The notes under the pieces are model-generated. The model saw only the letters and a program-made list of their open reading frames with translations. It ran no database searches and had not been told where the DNA came from. A stretch of DNA of 64,000 nt from an uncultured delta proteobacterium (lineage in GTDB: Bacteria > Myxococcota > Myxococcia > Myxococcales > Anaeromyxobacteraceae), in the NCBI GenBank assembly GCA_963766715.1, contig CAVYBH010000015.1, positions 320,001-384,000 of the forward strand, written 5' to 3'. How positions within the stretch are numbered: the stretch's first letter is position 1; every line of letters starts with the position of its first letter. The position numbers were made by a program, and so were the translations under genes. This document shows positions 24,064 through 34,467 of this stretch, in pieces.

Positions 24064-24186
24064 GTCGAGCGCCGAGACCGACGCGAGGCGGGCGCCCGAG
24101 GAGCGAGCAGCGGAGACGTAGTTTCCCTACGTCGAGCAGCGCAGCCGACGAGGCCGCCCGCCGCAGCGAGAGGATCGGCGCTCGAC
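24064..24186. repeat. Long nested palindromic (REP/ERIC-like) intergenic element
   Basis: Three nested inverted pairs: GTCGAGCGCCGA/TCGGCGCTCGAC, GGCGGGCG/CGCCCGCC and GACGTAG/CTACGTC. Confidence 0.65.
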
Positions 24187-24188
24187 GC

Positions 24189-25650
24189 CTACATGCGCAG
24201 AACGGCGGCGCGAGCCCAGGCGGTCAGCGGCTCGGGCGTGAAGCCCAGCACCACCACCACCAGCGCGGCCAGCGCGATCGCGAAGGCCACGGTGGCCGGG
24301 GCCGAGGCCGGCTCCTCCCCCTCGGCGGGGCGCATGTACATCGCGACCACCACCCTCAGGTAGTAGAAGACGCCCAGGATGCTGGTGAGCACGCCCACGA
24401 TGGCGAGCCCCCAGGCCTTGGCCGCGGCGGCCGACTGGAAGATGGAGAGCTTGGCGACGAAGCCGGCCGTGGGCGGGACGCCCGCGAGCGAGAGCATGAA
24501 GATGGCCATCGCGAAGGCCAGCCAGGGGCGGCGCGCGGCCAGCCCGGCGAAGCGCGAGATGTCCCAGGCGCCGGCGACGTCGGCGTCGGGGTTCGGATCC
24601 TTGCGCTCCAGGACCGCCACCACGGCGAAGGCGCCCACCACCGTGAACGCGTAGGCCGCCAGGTAGACGAGCACGGCCGAGAGCCCCTGGGCCCGGGCCG
24701 AGGGGTCGAAGGCGGCGACCACGCCGACGAGCAGGTAGCCCGCGTGGGCGATCGAGGAGTAGGCCAGCATCCGCTTCACGTTGCGCTGCGGCAGCGCGAA
24801 GAGGTTGCCGACCACCATGGTGAGGACGGCGAGCAGGCCCAGCATCCCGCCGAACTGGGCGGAGACGGCGAGCGGCGTCCCGGCCACGACGGCGAGGGCC
24901 CCGCGGGTCAGGAAGGCGAAGGCCGCCGCCTTCACGCCGGCCGCCATGAAGGCGGTGACCGGGGTGGGCGCGCCCTCGTAGACGTCGGGCGTCCAGGCGT
25001 GGAAGGGGACCGCGGCCACCTTGAAGCCGAGGCCGACCAGCACCAGCGCGAGCCCCCCGGCCAGCAGCGGACCGCCGCCGCGGGCGAAGGCAGGCGAGCA
25101 GCGTGGAACCGGTGGCGCCGTACACCAGCGCCGAGCCGTAGAGGAAGATGGCCGACGCGAACGAGCCGAGGATGAAGTACTTGAAGGCCGCCTCGGGCGC
25201 GCGCTGCCCGCGCCGCGGGTAGGCCGCGAGCGAGTAGACGGCGAGGCTCATGATCTCGATGGCCACGAAGGCCAGCAGGAGATCGGTGGCCATGCCGAGG
25301 AGCACCATGCCGCTGGCCGCGAAGAGCACGAGCGCGTAGTACTCGCCGCGCTCCATGTTGCGCCGCTCCAGCCAGCCCCGGCCGAGCAGCACCGAGAGCA
25401 CGAGCCCCGCGCAGACCACCACGGTGACGAAGCCGGCGAAGCCGTCGGCGACGGCCTGCCCGCCGAAGATGACCCGCTGGGGCGTGAAGGGGACCACCAC
25501 CGCGGCGGCGAGCCCGAAGGCGATGGCCAGCCCGGACTGGTAGCCACGCGCCTCCGAGCGCAGGAACACCTCGGAGAGCATGAGCGCCAGCGCCCCGAGG
25601 ACGAGGAGGAAGAAGGGCAGGAGCGGCGCGAGATCGAGGCTCGACGGCAT
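24189..25650 (-). CDS. nuoN: NADH-quinone oxidoreductase subunit N (frameshift near 25100)
   Basis: [48 protein letters not shown] and [11 protein letters not shown]. Confidence 0.92.
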
Positions 25651-25651
25651 G

Positions 25652-27287
25652 TCAGTGGCTCCCGTGGGCGGGGGCGGCCGGCTCGGCGGGCGCAGCCTCG
25701 GGCGCCGGGGCCGGGACCAGCCGGCGGGCGCGCGAAGGCCAGCGCCGCCGGCTCGGTGCCGACGAGCGGGCGCAGGTCCGGGTCGGCCTGGCGGAGCCGC
25801 TGCTCGGCCGCCTGCATGCGGACAATCAGCCGGTCGACCGAGGGCTTGGCCTGGTCGAGGAACGGCTGGGGCACGAGCCCCATCACCAGGATGAGCACCA
25901 CGATGGGCACCATCACGAAGGCCTCGCGCAGGGAGAGGTCCGGGAGGTGGCGGTTCTCGGCGTTGGTGATCTTGCCGAAGAAGACCTTCTGCATGAGCAC
26001 CAGCATGTACACGGCGCCGAGCACGACGCCGGTGGCGCCGAGGGCCGCGTACCAGCCCGGAGCCCGCAGCCGGGACAGCCAGGTGCCGGAGAGGATGAGG
26101 AACTCGCCCACGAACCCGTTCGTCCCGGGGAGGCCGATGGACGAGAGGGTGACCACCAGGAAGACGGTGGCGATCCAGGGCACCTGCTTGGCGAGGCCGC
26201 CGTACTCGGAGATGAGCCGGGTGTGGCGCCGCTCGTAGAGCATGCCGACGAGGAGGAAGAGGCCGCCCGTGGACACGCCGTGGTTCAGCATCTGGTAGAC
26301 CGAGCCGGTCAGCCCCTCGGCCGTGATGGCCATGAGCCCGAGCATGACGAAGCCCAGGTGGGAGACCGACGAGTAGGCCACCAGCCGCTTCATGTCCTTC
26401 TGCACGAAGGACATGAGCGCGCCGTAGGCGATCCCGAAGGTGGCCACCGCCGCGATGGCGCCGCGGTACTTCAGCGCCGCCTCGGGGAAGAGGGGCAGCG
26501 CGTAGCGGAAGAACCCGAAGGTCCCCATCTTGAGCAGCACGCCGGCCAGGATGACCGAACCCGCCGTGGGCGCCTCGGTGTGGGCGTCGGGCAGCCAGGT
26601 GTGGAACGGGAACATCGGGACCTTCACCGCGAACGCCAGCGCGAAGGCGCCGAAGAGCAGGGCGCCCACCGCCGGGGACACTTGAAGGGCGCTGCGGGCG
26701 ACCACGTAGTCGAAGGACCTCCCGTCGTTCATCCACACGTAGAGGATGGCGATCAGCATGAGGACGCTGGCCGCGAACGTGTAGACGAAGAACTTCACCG
26801 TCGCGTAGACGCGGTTGGCCGAGCCCCAGACGCCGATGAGCAGGTACATCGGGATGAGGATGGCCTCGTAGAAGACGTAGAAGAGGACCAGGTCGAGCGC
26901 GGCGAAGGTGCCGATCATCGCGGTCTCGAGGAAGAGGAGCGCGATGAAGAACTCCTTCACCCGGTCCTGCACGGCGTTCCAGGCCGACAGGATCACGATG
27001 GGCGCCAGCACCGTCGTGAGCATGACGAGCAGGAGCGCGAACCCGTCGAGGCCGACGTGGTAGCCGATCCCGAGCGAGGAGATCCAGGGGACGTTGGTCT
27101 CGAACTGGAACTCGGGCGCGCCGCGCGACGGGTCGAAGCCGAACCAGAGCCCGAGCGACGCGAAGAAGGTGGCCAGGCTCACCACGAGGGCCCAGGCCTT
27201 GTGCTGGTTGCCCTCGCCCCGCGGCAGGAGGGCGGCGACGAGCGCGCCGACCAGCGGGAGGAAGAGGACGGCGTTCAGGAGGGTCAT
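25652..27287 (-). CDS. nuoM: NADH-quinone oxidoreductase subunit M (probable frameshift in the C-terminal tail)
   Basis: LFYVFYE, VKVPMFPFHTWLPDAHTEAPT, LLKMG, KRLVAYSSVSH and GLPGTNGFVGE. Confidence 0.93.
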
Positions 27288-27289
27288 GG

Positions 27290-29314
27290 CTAGTTCCCCC
27301 CCGAGGCCAGGACGGCCCAGAGGACCGCGGCGGCGCCGATGGCGATGACGGTGGCGTAGCGCTGGAGGTTGCCGTTCTGCCAGCCGCGCAGCACGTCGCC
27401 GATCGAGTAGACCGCCTTGGGCACGCCGTTCACGAAGATGCCCTCGATGGTGAAGACGTCGACCGCCTTCCAGAGCACCTCGGCGATCTTCTGGATCGGC
27501 CGCAGGAAGAGGAAGTCGTAGAGCTCGTCGATGCGGAACTTGTCGGCGACCAGCCGGAAGAAGGCGGGGAAGGCGGCGACGAACCAATCGGGGAAGCCGC
27601 GCATCGATCCGGCGTACATCTGCCAGCCGAGCCAGCCGGGGACCAGCGCCACCAGCCAGGCCACCGCGTACGGCCAGATGGCCGAGTGCTCCTCGATGCC
27701 CAGGATCTTGTAGGCGCGACCGAAGACGGGGTTGGTGAACTGCTGGAAGAGCTCGGCGTAGTGGTGCCCGACGAGCCAGGCCGGCAGGCCGAGCACCAGC
27801 GCCACCACCGAGAGGAAGGCCAGGATCCAGAGCGGCAGCGTCATGGTCCAGGCGGACTCGTGGGCGTGCTCGGCGGTCTTGGTGCGGGGCGGGCCGGCGA
27901 AGGCCAGCGCGAAGGCCCGCACCATGTAGAAGGAGGTGCCCGCGGCGGCGGCGGTCCCGAGGAAGTAGGCGATCTTGCCCACCGCCGGCCAGGCCGGGTT
28001 GTGGCTGAAGAGCGCGCCGGCCAGGATGGCGTCCTTCGAGAAGAAGCCGGAGAGCGGGACGATGCCGGTGATGGCCAGCGTGGCGATGAGGAAGGTCTTC
28101 CCGGTCGACGGCATCCGCTTCCACAGGCCGCCCATGTTCCGGATGTCGAGGTCGTCGTGCATCGCGTGCATGACGCTGCCGGCGCCGAGGAAGAGGCAGG
28201 CCTTGAAGAAGGCGTGCGTCATCAGGTGGTAGACGCCGGCCGAGTACGCGCCCGCGCCCACGCCGATGAACATGATCCCGAGCTGGCTCACCGTGGAGTA
28301 GGCGAGCACGCGCTTCAGGTCGTACTGCGCGAAGGCGATGATGGCGGCGAACAGGGCCGTGGCCGCGCCGATGAAGGTGACGACCGCCATGGAGGCCGGC
28401 GCCAGCACGAAGAGGAAGTTGGTGCGGGCGACCAGGTAGACGCCGGCGGTCACCATGGTGGCGGCGTGGATGAGGGCCGAGACCGGGGTCGGGCCGGCCA
28501 TGGCGTCGGGCAGCCAGACGTAGAGCGGGAGCTGCGCGCTCTTGCCGGCGGCGCCCACGAAGAGGCCGAGGGTCGCGAAGGTGATGGCGGCCCGGAGGGT
28601 CCAGCCGGAGAAGACGCCGGTGGTGAGCACCCAGTCCGGGCGGACGGCGAGGGCCTTGGCGGAGAGCTGGCCGAACTCGGCGGTGCCGAAGACGGAGAGG
28701 ATGGCGAAGAGGCCGAGCAGGAAGCCGAAGTCGCCGATGCGGTTGGTGACGAAGGCCTTGCGCCCCGCGTAGGCCTTCTCGTCGTCGGTGTACCAGAAGC
28801 CGATGAGGAGGTACGACGCGAGCCCCACCCCTTCCCAGCCCACGAAGGTGAGGACCAGGTTGTCGCCGAGCACGAGCGTGAGCATCGCGGCGATGAAGAG
28901 GTTCAGGTAGGTGAAGAACCGCGCGTACCCGGCGTCGTCCTCGTGGGACATGTACCCGGTCGAGTAGAGGTGGATGAGGAAGCCCACCCCCGTCACGATC
29001 AGGATCATCGTCCCGGACAGGCGATCGACGAGCAGCCCCCACGGGACGGCGATGGGCGCCCGTCCGGTCGCGTCGACGACGCGGAACCACCAGTCGCCGA
29101 CGAAGTGCAGGTTGGTTCCGCCGGCCACCCAGGCGAACGCCACCAGCGAGAGCAGGAACGACCCACCCACCATGGCGAGCGCGAGGAAGGCCACGTTGCC
29201 GCGGCCGAGCCGGCGCCCGAAGAGCCCGTTGACGAGCGCTCCGGCGAGAGGGAGGAGAATGATGGCCCACAAGTAGCTCTGGGCCGCAGCCGGGTTGTCC
29301 AGGAGCGAGGGCAT
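27290..29314 (-). CDS. nuoL: NADH-quinone oxidoreductase subunit L
   Basis: GWEGVG, NRIGD, GKSAQLPLYVWLPDAMAGPTPVSALIHAATMV and HAFFKA. Confidence 0.95.
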   Translation of the reverse strand: MPSLLDNPAAAQSYLWAIILLPLAGALVNGLFGRRLGRGNVAFLALAMVGGSFLLSLVAFAWVAGGTNLHFVGDWWFRVVDATGRAPIAVPWGLLVDRLSGTMILIVTGVGFLIHLYSTGYMSHEDDAGYARFFTYLNLFIAAMLTLVLGDNLVLTFVGWEGVGLASYLLIGFWYTDDEKAYAGRKAFVTNRIGDFGFLLGLFAILSVFGTAEFGQLSAKALAVRPDWVLTTGVFSGWTLRAAITFATLGLFVGAAGKSAQLPLYVWLPDAMAGPTPVSALIHAATMVTAGVYLVARTNFLFVLAPASMAVVTFIGAATALFAAIIAFAQYDLKRVLAYSTVSQLGIMFIGVGAGAYSAGVYHLMTHAFFKACLFLGAGSVMHAMHDDLDIRNMGGLWKRMPSTGKTFLIATLAITGIVPLSGFFSKDAILAGALFSHNPAWPAVGKIAYFLGTAAAAGTSFYMVRAFALAFAGPPRTKTAEHAHESAWTMTLPLWILAFLSVVALVLGLPAWLVGHHYAELFQQFTNPVFGRAYKILGIEEHSAIWPYAVAWLVALVPGWLGWQMYAGSMRGFPDWFVAAFPAFFRLVADKFRIDELYDFLFLRPIQKIAEVLWKAVDVFTIEGIFVNGVPKAVYSIGDVLRGWQNGNLQRYATVIAIGAAAVLWAVLASGGN

Positions 29315-29383
29315 AGGGAGGCGAAAGGATTACCTTCTTCGAACAAGGGAGGCAATCACCTTGTGAATGGCTATCATGCCGCC

Positions 29384-30833
29384 GTGACCGCCCCCCGGGA
29401 CGCTGCCGCGGAAGCCCGAAAGATCCCCAAGGCCGACCGGCTGCTGGCTGCCGCCGGCCGGGCCGGGATCACCGGCCGGCTGGGGCACGCCCCGGTCATG
29501 GAGGCCATCCGGGCCGCCCTGGACGAGGTCCGGGAGTCGGTGCTCGCGGGGGCCCCCTGCCCTCCCCCGGAGGAGGTCGAGGCCCGGTTCCTGGAGCGGC
29601 TGGCCTCCGGCGCCCGGGGAACGCTCCGGCCGGTGGTCAACGCGACCGGGGTGGTGATCCACACCAACCTGGGAAGGGCCCCCCTTTCCCGGGCCGCCAT
29701 CGAGGCGATGCAGGAGGCGGCGGGCTACTGCAACCTGGAGTTCGACCTGGAATCGGGGGATCGGGGCGACCGCTACGGCCACGCCGGGGCTGCGCTGGCC
29801 CGCCTGGCCGGCGCCGAGGCGGCGCTGGTGGTCAACAACTGCGCCTCCGCCGTGCTCCTCGCCCTCTCCGCGCTCTCCGAGCGGCTGCCCGCCCGCCGCG
29901 AAGGGGCCTCGCTGCCCGTGGCCGAGCCGGGCGCCGCCGGGCGACCCGAGGTCCTGGTCTCCCGGGGGCAGCTGGTCGAGATCGGCGGCGGGTTCCGGGT
30001 GCCGGACGTGCTCCGGCGGTCGGGCGCCGACCTGGTGGAGGTGGGCACCACCAACCGCACCTACCTCGCCGACTTCGTGGGGGCCCTCTCCCCGCGCAGC
30101 CGCATCGTCCTCACCGTCCACCGCTCCAACTTCAGGATCGAGGGGTTCGTGCACGACCCCACGCTCGCCGAGCTGGCCGACCTGGGCCGGCGCGCCGGCG
30201 TCTGGGTGGTGGAGGATTCTGGGCTCCGGCGCCCTCTTCCCCACCGCGCCCTTCGGCCTGGGGGAGGAGCCCACCGTGCCGGAGCGGGTCGCGGCGGGCC
30301 CGGACGTGGTCTGCTTCTCCGGAGACAAGCTGCTGGGCGGCCCGCAGGCCGGCATCCTGGCGGGGCGCCGGGAGGCCATCGACCTGTGCCGGCGCCACCC
30401 GCTGCTGCGGGCGCTCCGGGTGGACAAGGTGACGCTGGCCGGCCTGATCGCCACCCTCGCCCACCACGAGCGGGGCGAGGCCCTGCGGGAGATCCCGGTC
30501 TGGCGGGCCATCGCCTGGAAGCCGGAGGAGCTCCGGGCCCGGGCCTCGGCCTGGCGGGACGCGCTCTCCCTCCCCGGCGTCGAGGTCCTGGAGGGCCAGT
30601 CCGCCGTGGGCGGGGGAACCTTGCCCGGCGTGACGCTCCCCACCTTCGTGCTCGCCCTGGCTCCCGGGGACGCCGACGGGCTGGCCCGCCGCCTCCGCGA
30701 GGCCTCCCCACCGGTGGTGGCCCGGATCGAGGAGGGGCGCGTGCTCCTCGACCCGCGCACGGTGCTGCCCGGGGAGGACGACGCGGTCCTGGCCGCGATC
30801 CGCTCCGCGGTGTCCGCGCCGGTCAGGGATTGA
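29384..30833 (+). CDS. selA: L-seryl-tRNA(Sec) selenium transferase (frameshift near 30218)
   Basis: VNATGVVIHTNLGRAP, VVNNCA, SRGQLVEIGGGFR, EVGTTNRT, and FSGDKLLGGPQAG (PLP Lys) followed by RALRVDK. Confidence 0.93.
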
Positions 30834-31518
30834 AGCGGTAGCCCACTCCCCGCACCGTCTCCAGGAAGCGCGGACGGTCGGCGTCGTCGCCGATGTGGGC
30901 GCGCAGCCGGGCCACGAAGTTGTCCACGGTGCGCTCGGTGCCGATGTAGAGCGACCCCCAGACCGCCCGGGTGAGCTGCTCCCGCGAGTAGACGCGCCCG
31001 GGGTGGGCCACGAAGAAGGCCAGCAGGTCGAACTCCCGCGAGGTCATGGCGACGACCTGGCCGTCGACGGTGACGCGCCGCTCTCCGAGGTCCATCTCCA
31101 CCTTGCCGAAGCGCTTCACCTGCCGGTCGGGACCGGTCGCGCCGGCGGCCCGCCGGCGGCGCAGGGCCGCGCTGATCCGCGCCAGGAGCTCCTTCAGCCC
31201 GAAGGGCTTCACCACGTAGTCGTCGGCGCCCAGCGCCAGCCCGGCCACCTTGTCGGCCTCCTGCCCCTTGGCCGACAGGATGAGGATGGGCATGTCCGGG
31301 TCCTCCTTGCGGAGCTCCCGGATCAGCTCCAGGCCGCCCAGGCGCGGCAGCATCACGTCCACGATGAGCAGGTCGGGACGCTCGGTGCGTGCGATGCGCA
31401 GCCCCTCCTCGCCGTCGGTGGCCGTACGCAGCTTGTAGCCCTCCATGGAGAGGTTGAGGTCGAGCCCGCGCAGGATGGACGGGTCGTCCTCGATGATCAG
31501 GATGCGCTCTCCGCTCAT
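30823..31518 (-). CDS. OmpR-family response regulator
   Basis: [20 protein letters not shown] and the winged-helix [10 protein letters not shown]. Confidence 0.95.
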   Translation of the reverse strand: MSGERILIIEDDPSILRGLDLNLSMEGYKLRTATDGEEGLRIARTERPDLLIVDVMLPRLGGLELIRELRKEDPDMPILILSAKGQEADKVAGLALGADDYVVKPFGLKELLARISAALRRRRAAGATGPDRQVKRFGKVEMDLGERRVTVDGQVVAMTSREFDLLAFFVAHPGRVYSREQLTRAVWGSLYIGTERTVDNFVARLRAHIGDDADRPRFLETVRGVGYRFNP

Positions 31519-32417
31519 GGCTGTGGGGCCTCCGCGATCGGCAGCAGGATGGTGAACGCCGCTCCCTTTCCCAGCTCGCTCTTCACGCTCACCTTCCCGC
31601 CGTGCGCCTCGACGACGTGCTTCACCATGGAGAGCCCCAGGCCGCTTCCCTCGATGGTCCGCTCCAGGGGATCCTTGCCGCGGTAGAACTTGTCGAAGAT
31701 GCGCTTCTGGTCGGCGCCGGGGATGCCCGGGCCGTTGTCCTGCACGACGATCTCCACGGCGTTGCCGGCGGCGCGGGCCAGCACCGTGATGCGCTTCTCC
31801 GGGCCGGTGTACTTGAAGGCGTTCTGGAGCAGGTCGACGACCGCGTCGGCGAGCGCGTCGCGGTCCACGCGGATCTGGGGAAGCCCCTCGGGCAGCTCGC
31901 GGATCACCTCGGCGCCGGTCTGGAGCCGCTGGGGCTCCAGGGCGCGCAGCGCGTCGTCCACGATGGGCCCCACCGGCTGGCGGCGGAAGTCGTAGCTGCG
32001 CTTGCCCGACTCCATGCGCGCCCAGTCGAGGAGCCGCGCGATGAGCGCCGAGAGCCGCTCGGTCTCCTGCGAGATGATGGAGAGCGCCTCGGCCTGCCGC
32101 GCCGGGTCCTCGAGCCGCCCGAGCTGGAGGGTCTCGACGAACATGCGGATGCTGGTGAGCGGCGTGCGCAGGTCGTGGGAGACCTTGTTCACGAAGTCGG
32201 TCTGCAGCCGCGACAGGTAGGCCTCGCGGTAGAGCACGACCAGCGTGGCGATGGTGCCGATGATGGTGGTGGCCACCAGCGCCAGGATGAGGATGCCGAA
32301 GACGTAGTCCTGGACCTGGCGTCCGAAGACCAGGATCAGGATGCCCACGGTGAGCATCATGGCCGCCGGGACGACGACGAAGCCGATGATGAGCGGGTAG
32401 AGGCGCCGGAGCTTCAC
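31515..32417 (-). CDS. Sensor histidine kinase with two closely spaced TM helices
   Basis: GTG at 32417. Two TMs, then [18 protein letters not shown] and GSGLGL. Confidence 0.92.
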   Translation of the reverse strand: MKLRRLYPLIIGFVVVPAAMMLTVGILILVFGRQVQDYVFGILILALVATTIIGTIATLVVLYREAYLSRLQTDFVNKVSHDLRTPLTSIRMFVETLQLGRLEDPARQAEALSIISQETERLSALIARLLDWARMESGKRSYDFRRQPVGPIVDDALRALEPQRLQTGAEVIRELPEGLPQIRVDRDALADAVVDLLQNAFKYTGPEKRITVLARAAGNAVEIVVQDNGPGIPGADQKRIFDKFYRGKDPLERTIEGSGLGLSMVKHVVEAHGGKVSVKSELGKGAAFTILLPIAEAPQP

Positions 32418-32427
32418 GGGGGGCAGT

Positions 32428-34359
32428 CTAGCGCGGAAGCCCCGGGGGGCATCGGGCGGCCGCGAGCCGCCGCTGCGCCTCCTCCCGGACCTGCGCCGTG
32501 GACCGGAGCCGGGCGACGTCCTGCCAGGACGCGCAGGCGTCGGCGAGGCGCCCCAGCCGTTCCTGGGCGACCGCGAGGTTGAAGCGGCGCAGGCCGTCCT
32601 CCGGGTCGGCGCGCACGGCCTCCTCGAGCGGCCCGAGGGCCCCGGAGGCGTCGCCGCGCCGGAGCAGCACGGTCCCGAGGAGGTGGAGCGCCTGTCCGTC
32701 GCCGGGCCGCACCGCGAGCGCCCTCCGGGCGAGCGCCTCCGCACCGTCCTGGTCTCCCTTCCGGGCCAGCGCGATGGCGAGGTTGACGAGGACGTCGGCG
32801 TTCGCCGGGTCGCGGTCGACGCCTCGCCGCAGGGCTTCCTCGGCCTCGTCCCACCGTCCCTGGGAGGCGAGGGCCGCCGACAGGTTCCGCAGGATCATGG
32901 CCTCGCTGCGCGGCGCGTCCCCGACCAGCGCGAGCGCCTGCCGGTACTCCCGGATCGCGGCCTCGGGATCCCCGCGCTCGCCGAGCGCGTGGCCGAGGTT
33001 CACGTGCACCCTCGCCTTGCGGGGCGACTTCGCCACCGAGTCGAGCGACATCGCGAGCCGCGTCTCCCAGGCGGCGTTCCGCCGGTGGAGCACGAGCGCG
33101 AGCGCGCACCACAGCCCGATCACGAGCGCGGCGGCGACCGCCGGGCGCCAGCGGAGCCGCGCGACGATCCGCTCTCCCCCCACGCCCACGGCGAGGAAGA
33201 TGCCCAGGGAAGCGAGATAGGTCCGGTGCTCCATGAGCAGGTCGTCGAGCGGCACCACGCTCGAGGTGGGGGAGAGCACGAGGAAGAACCAGAAGAGCCC
33301 GAACGCGGCCACGCGCCCGGCGGCGCCCGCGGCGCTCCACCGCTTGCGCGACCAGGCGAAGAGCGCCCCGGCAAGGGCGACGAGGCCTGCGAGCACCAGG
33401 CCCGAGGCGAGGACGCCGGGGTCCGTGAGGCCCCGGGCGAGCGGCACGTCCCATTCCAGGTTCTGGCCCGCCGGCCAGGCGAGGAGCCGCAGGTAGGTGG
33501 CCACCACCTTCCACTGAGAGAGGAAATAGCGCGCGGGCGACAGCCCGGGCATGTCGAAGCCGGCCGAGACGTTTCCGGCGAGCCCCCGCAGGACGGCGAG
33601 GGCGCCGGCCGCGTCCAGCAGGAGGAGCGGCGCCGCCAGGGCCAGCCGACGGCGCCAGGTGGCGAGGCCCTGCCTTCCCTCCGGGTCGGGCACCATCCAG
33701 GCCAGGAGCAGCCACGCGAGCGGCAGCGTCACCGCGATGGGCTTCGTGCCCACCGCGAGCACGAAGGCGGCGAGTCCGCCGACCCAGGCCGCGAGGCTCC
33801 TCCTCCCGCGACCCGGGCGCTCGGCCTCGAGGAGGAGGAGGAGCGCGAGCAGGTAGAGGCCGGAGGCGAGCGCCTCGGACCGCTGCACCACGTAGCTCAC
33901 CGCCTGGCTCTGCATCGGGTGGAGGGCGAAGAGCCCGGCCACGGCGAGCGCGGTCGCCCTCTCCGAGGCGGCGCCGGCGAGGCGCAGCACCTTGCGGGCG
34001 AACGCGTAGGCCAGGACCACCGCGCCGAGGTGGATGGCGAGGTTCGTCAGGTGGTAGGCGCGCGTCCCGCCCCCGCCGACGGCGTGGTCGAGCGCGAAGG
34101 TGAGGTCGGCGACGGGTCGGCCGCCGCGGAGGATCGAGCCAGGAAGCTGGCGAATCGCGGTGGCGAGGTCGCGGGCGGCCGGGCTGCCCATCACCGCGGA
34201 GAGGTCGTCGAGCTGGAATTCGCCGTCGAGGACTCGGGCGTAGGCGGCCACCGCGAGCAGCAGGGGAACGGCGAGCCACCAGGCGCTTCCGCCGGCGCGC
34301 GCCCCTTCGGACCCGGCCGGGGCGTCCGCTCCCGGGCCTTCTGCCTGCTGTTCTCGCAC
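32428..34359 (-). CDS. TMTC-like polytopic membrane protein with C-terminal TPRs (putative GT-C glycosyltransferase)
   Basis: First-loop [40 protein letters not shown] and RNAAW, followed by TPRs. This is the DUF1736/TMTC-type pattern. Confidence 0.8.
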   Translation of the reverse strand: MREQQAEGPGADAPAGSEGARAGGSAWWLAVPLLLAVAAYARVLDGEFQLDDLSAVMGSPAARDLATAIRQLPGSILRGGRPVADLTFALDHAVGGGGTRAYHLTNLAIHLGAVVLAYAFARKVLRLAGAASERATALAVAGLFALHPMQSQAVSYVVQRSEALASGLYLLALLLLLEAERPGRGRRSLAAWVGGLAAFVLAVGTKPIAVTLPLAWLLLAWMVPDPEGRQGLATWRRRLALAAPLLLLDAAGALAVLRGLAGNVSAGFDMPGLSPARYFLSQWKVVATYLRLLAWPAGQNLEWDVPLARGLTDPGVLASGLVLAGLVALAGALFAWSRKRWSAAGAAGRVAAFGLFWFFLVLSPTSSVVPLDDLLMEHRTYLASLGIFLAVGVGGERIVARLRWRPAVAAALVIGLWCALALVLHRRNAAWETRLAMSLDSVAKSPRKARVHVNLGHALGERGDPEAAIREYRQALALVGDAPRSEAMILRNLSAALASQGRWDEAEEALRRGVDRDPANADVLVNLAIALARKGDQDGAEALARRALAVRPGDGQALHLLGTVLLRRGDASGALGPLEEAVRADPEDGLRRFNLAVAQERLGRLADACASWQDVARLRSTAQVREEAQRRLAAARCPPGLPR

Positions 34360-34467
34360 GCGGGCAGTCTATCCGCAGCAGGGCCCGGAAATGGAAGGGC
34401 CCGCCACCTCTCGGCAGCGGGCCCACCCATCACGATCCCGGGGGGAGGATCCCCCAGGCTGTTGCCG

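Noticed and set aside
29355..29378. TTGTGAA as a Rex-like operator upstream of nuoL
   Set aside because: Only one half-site is present. The second half does not match TTCACAA.
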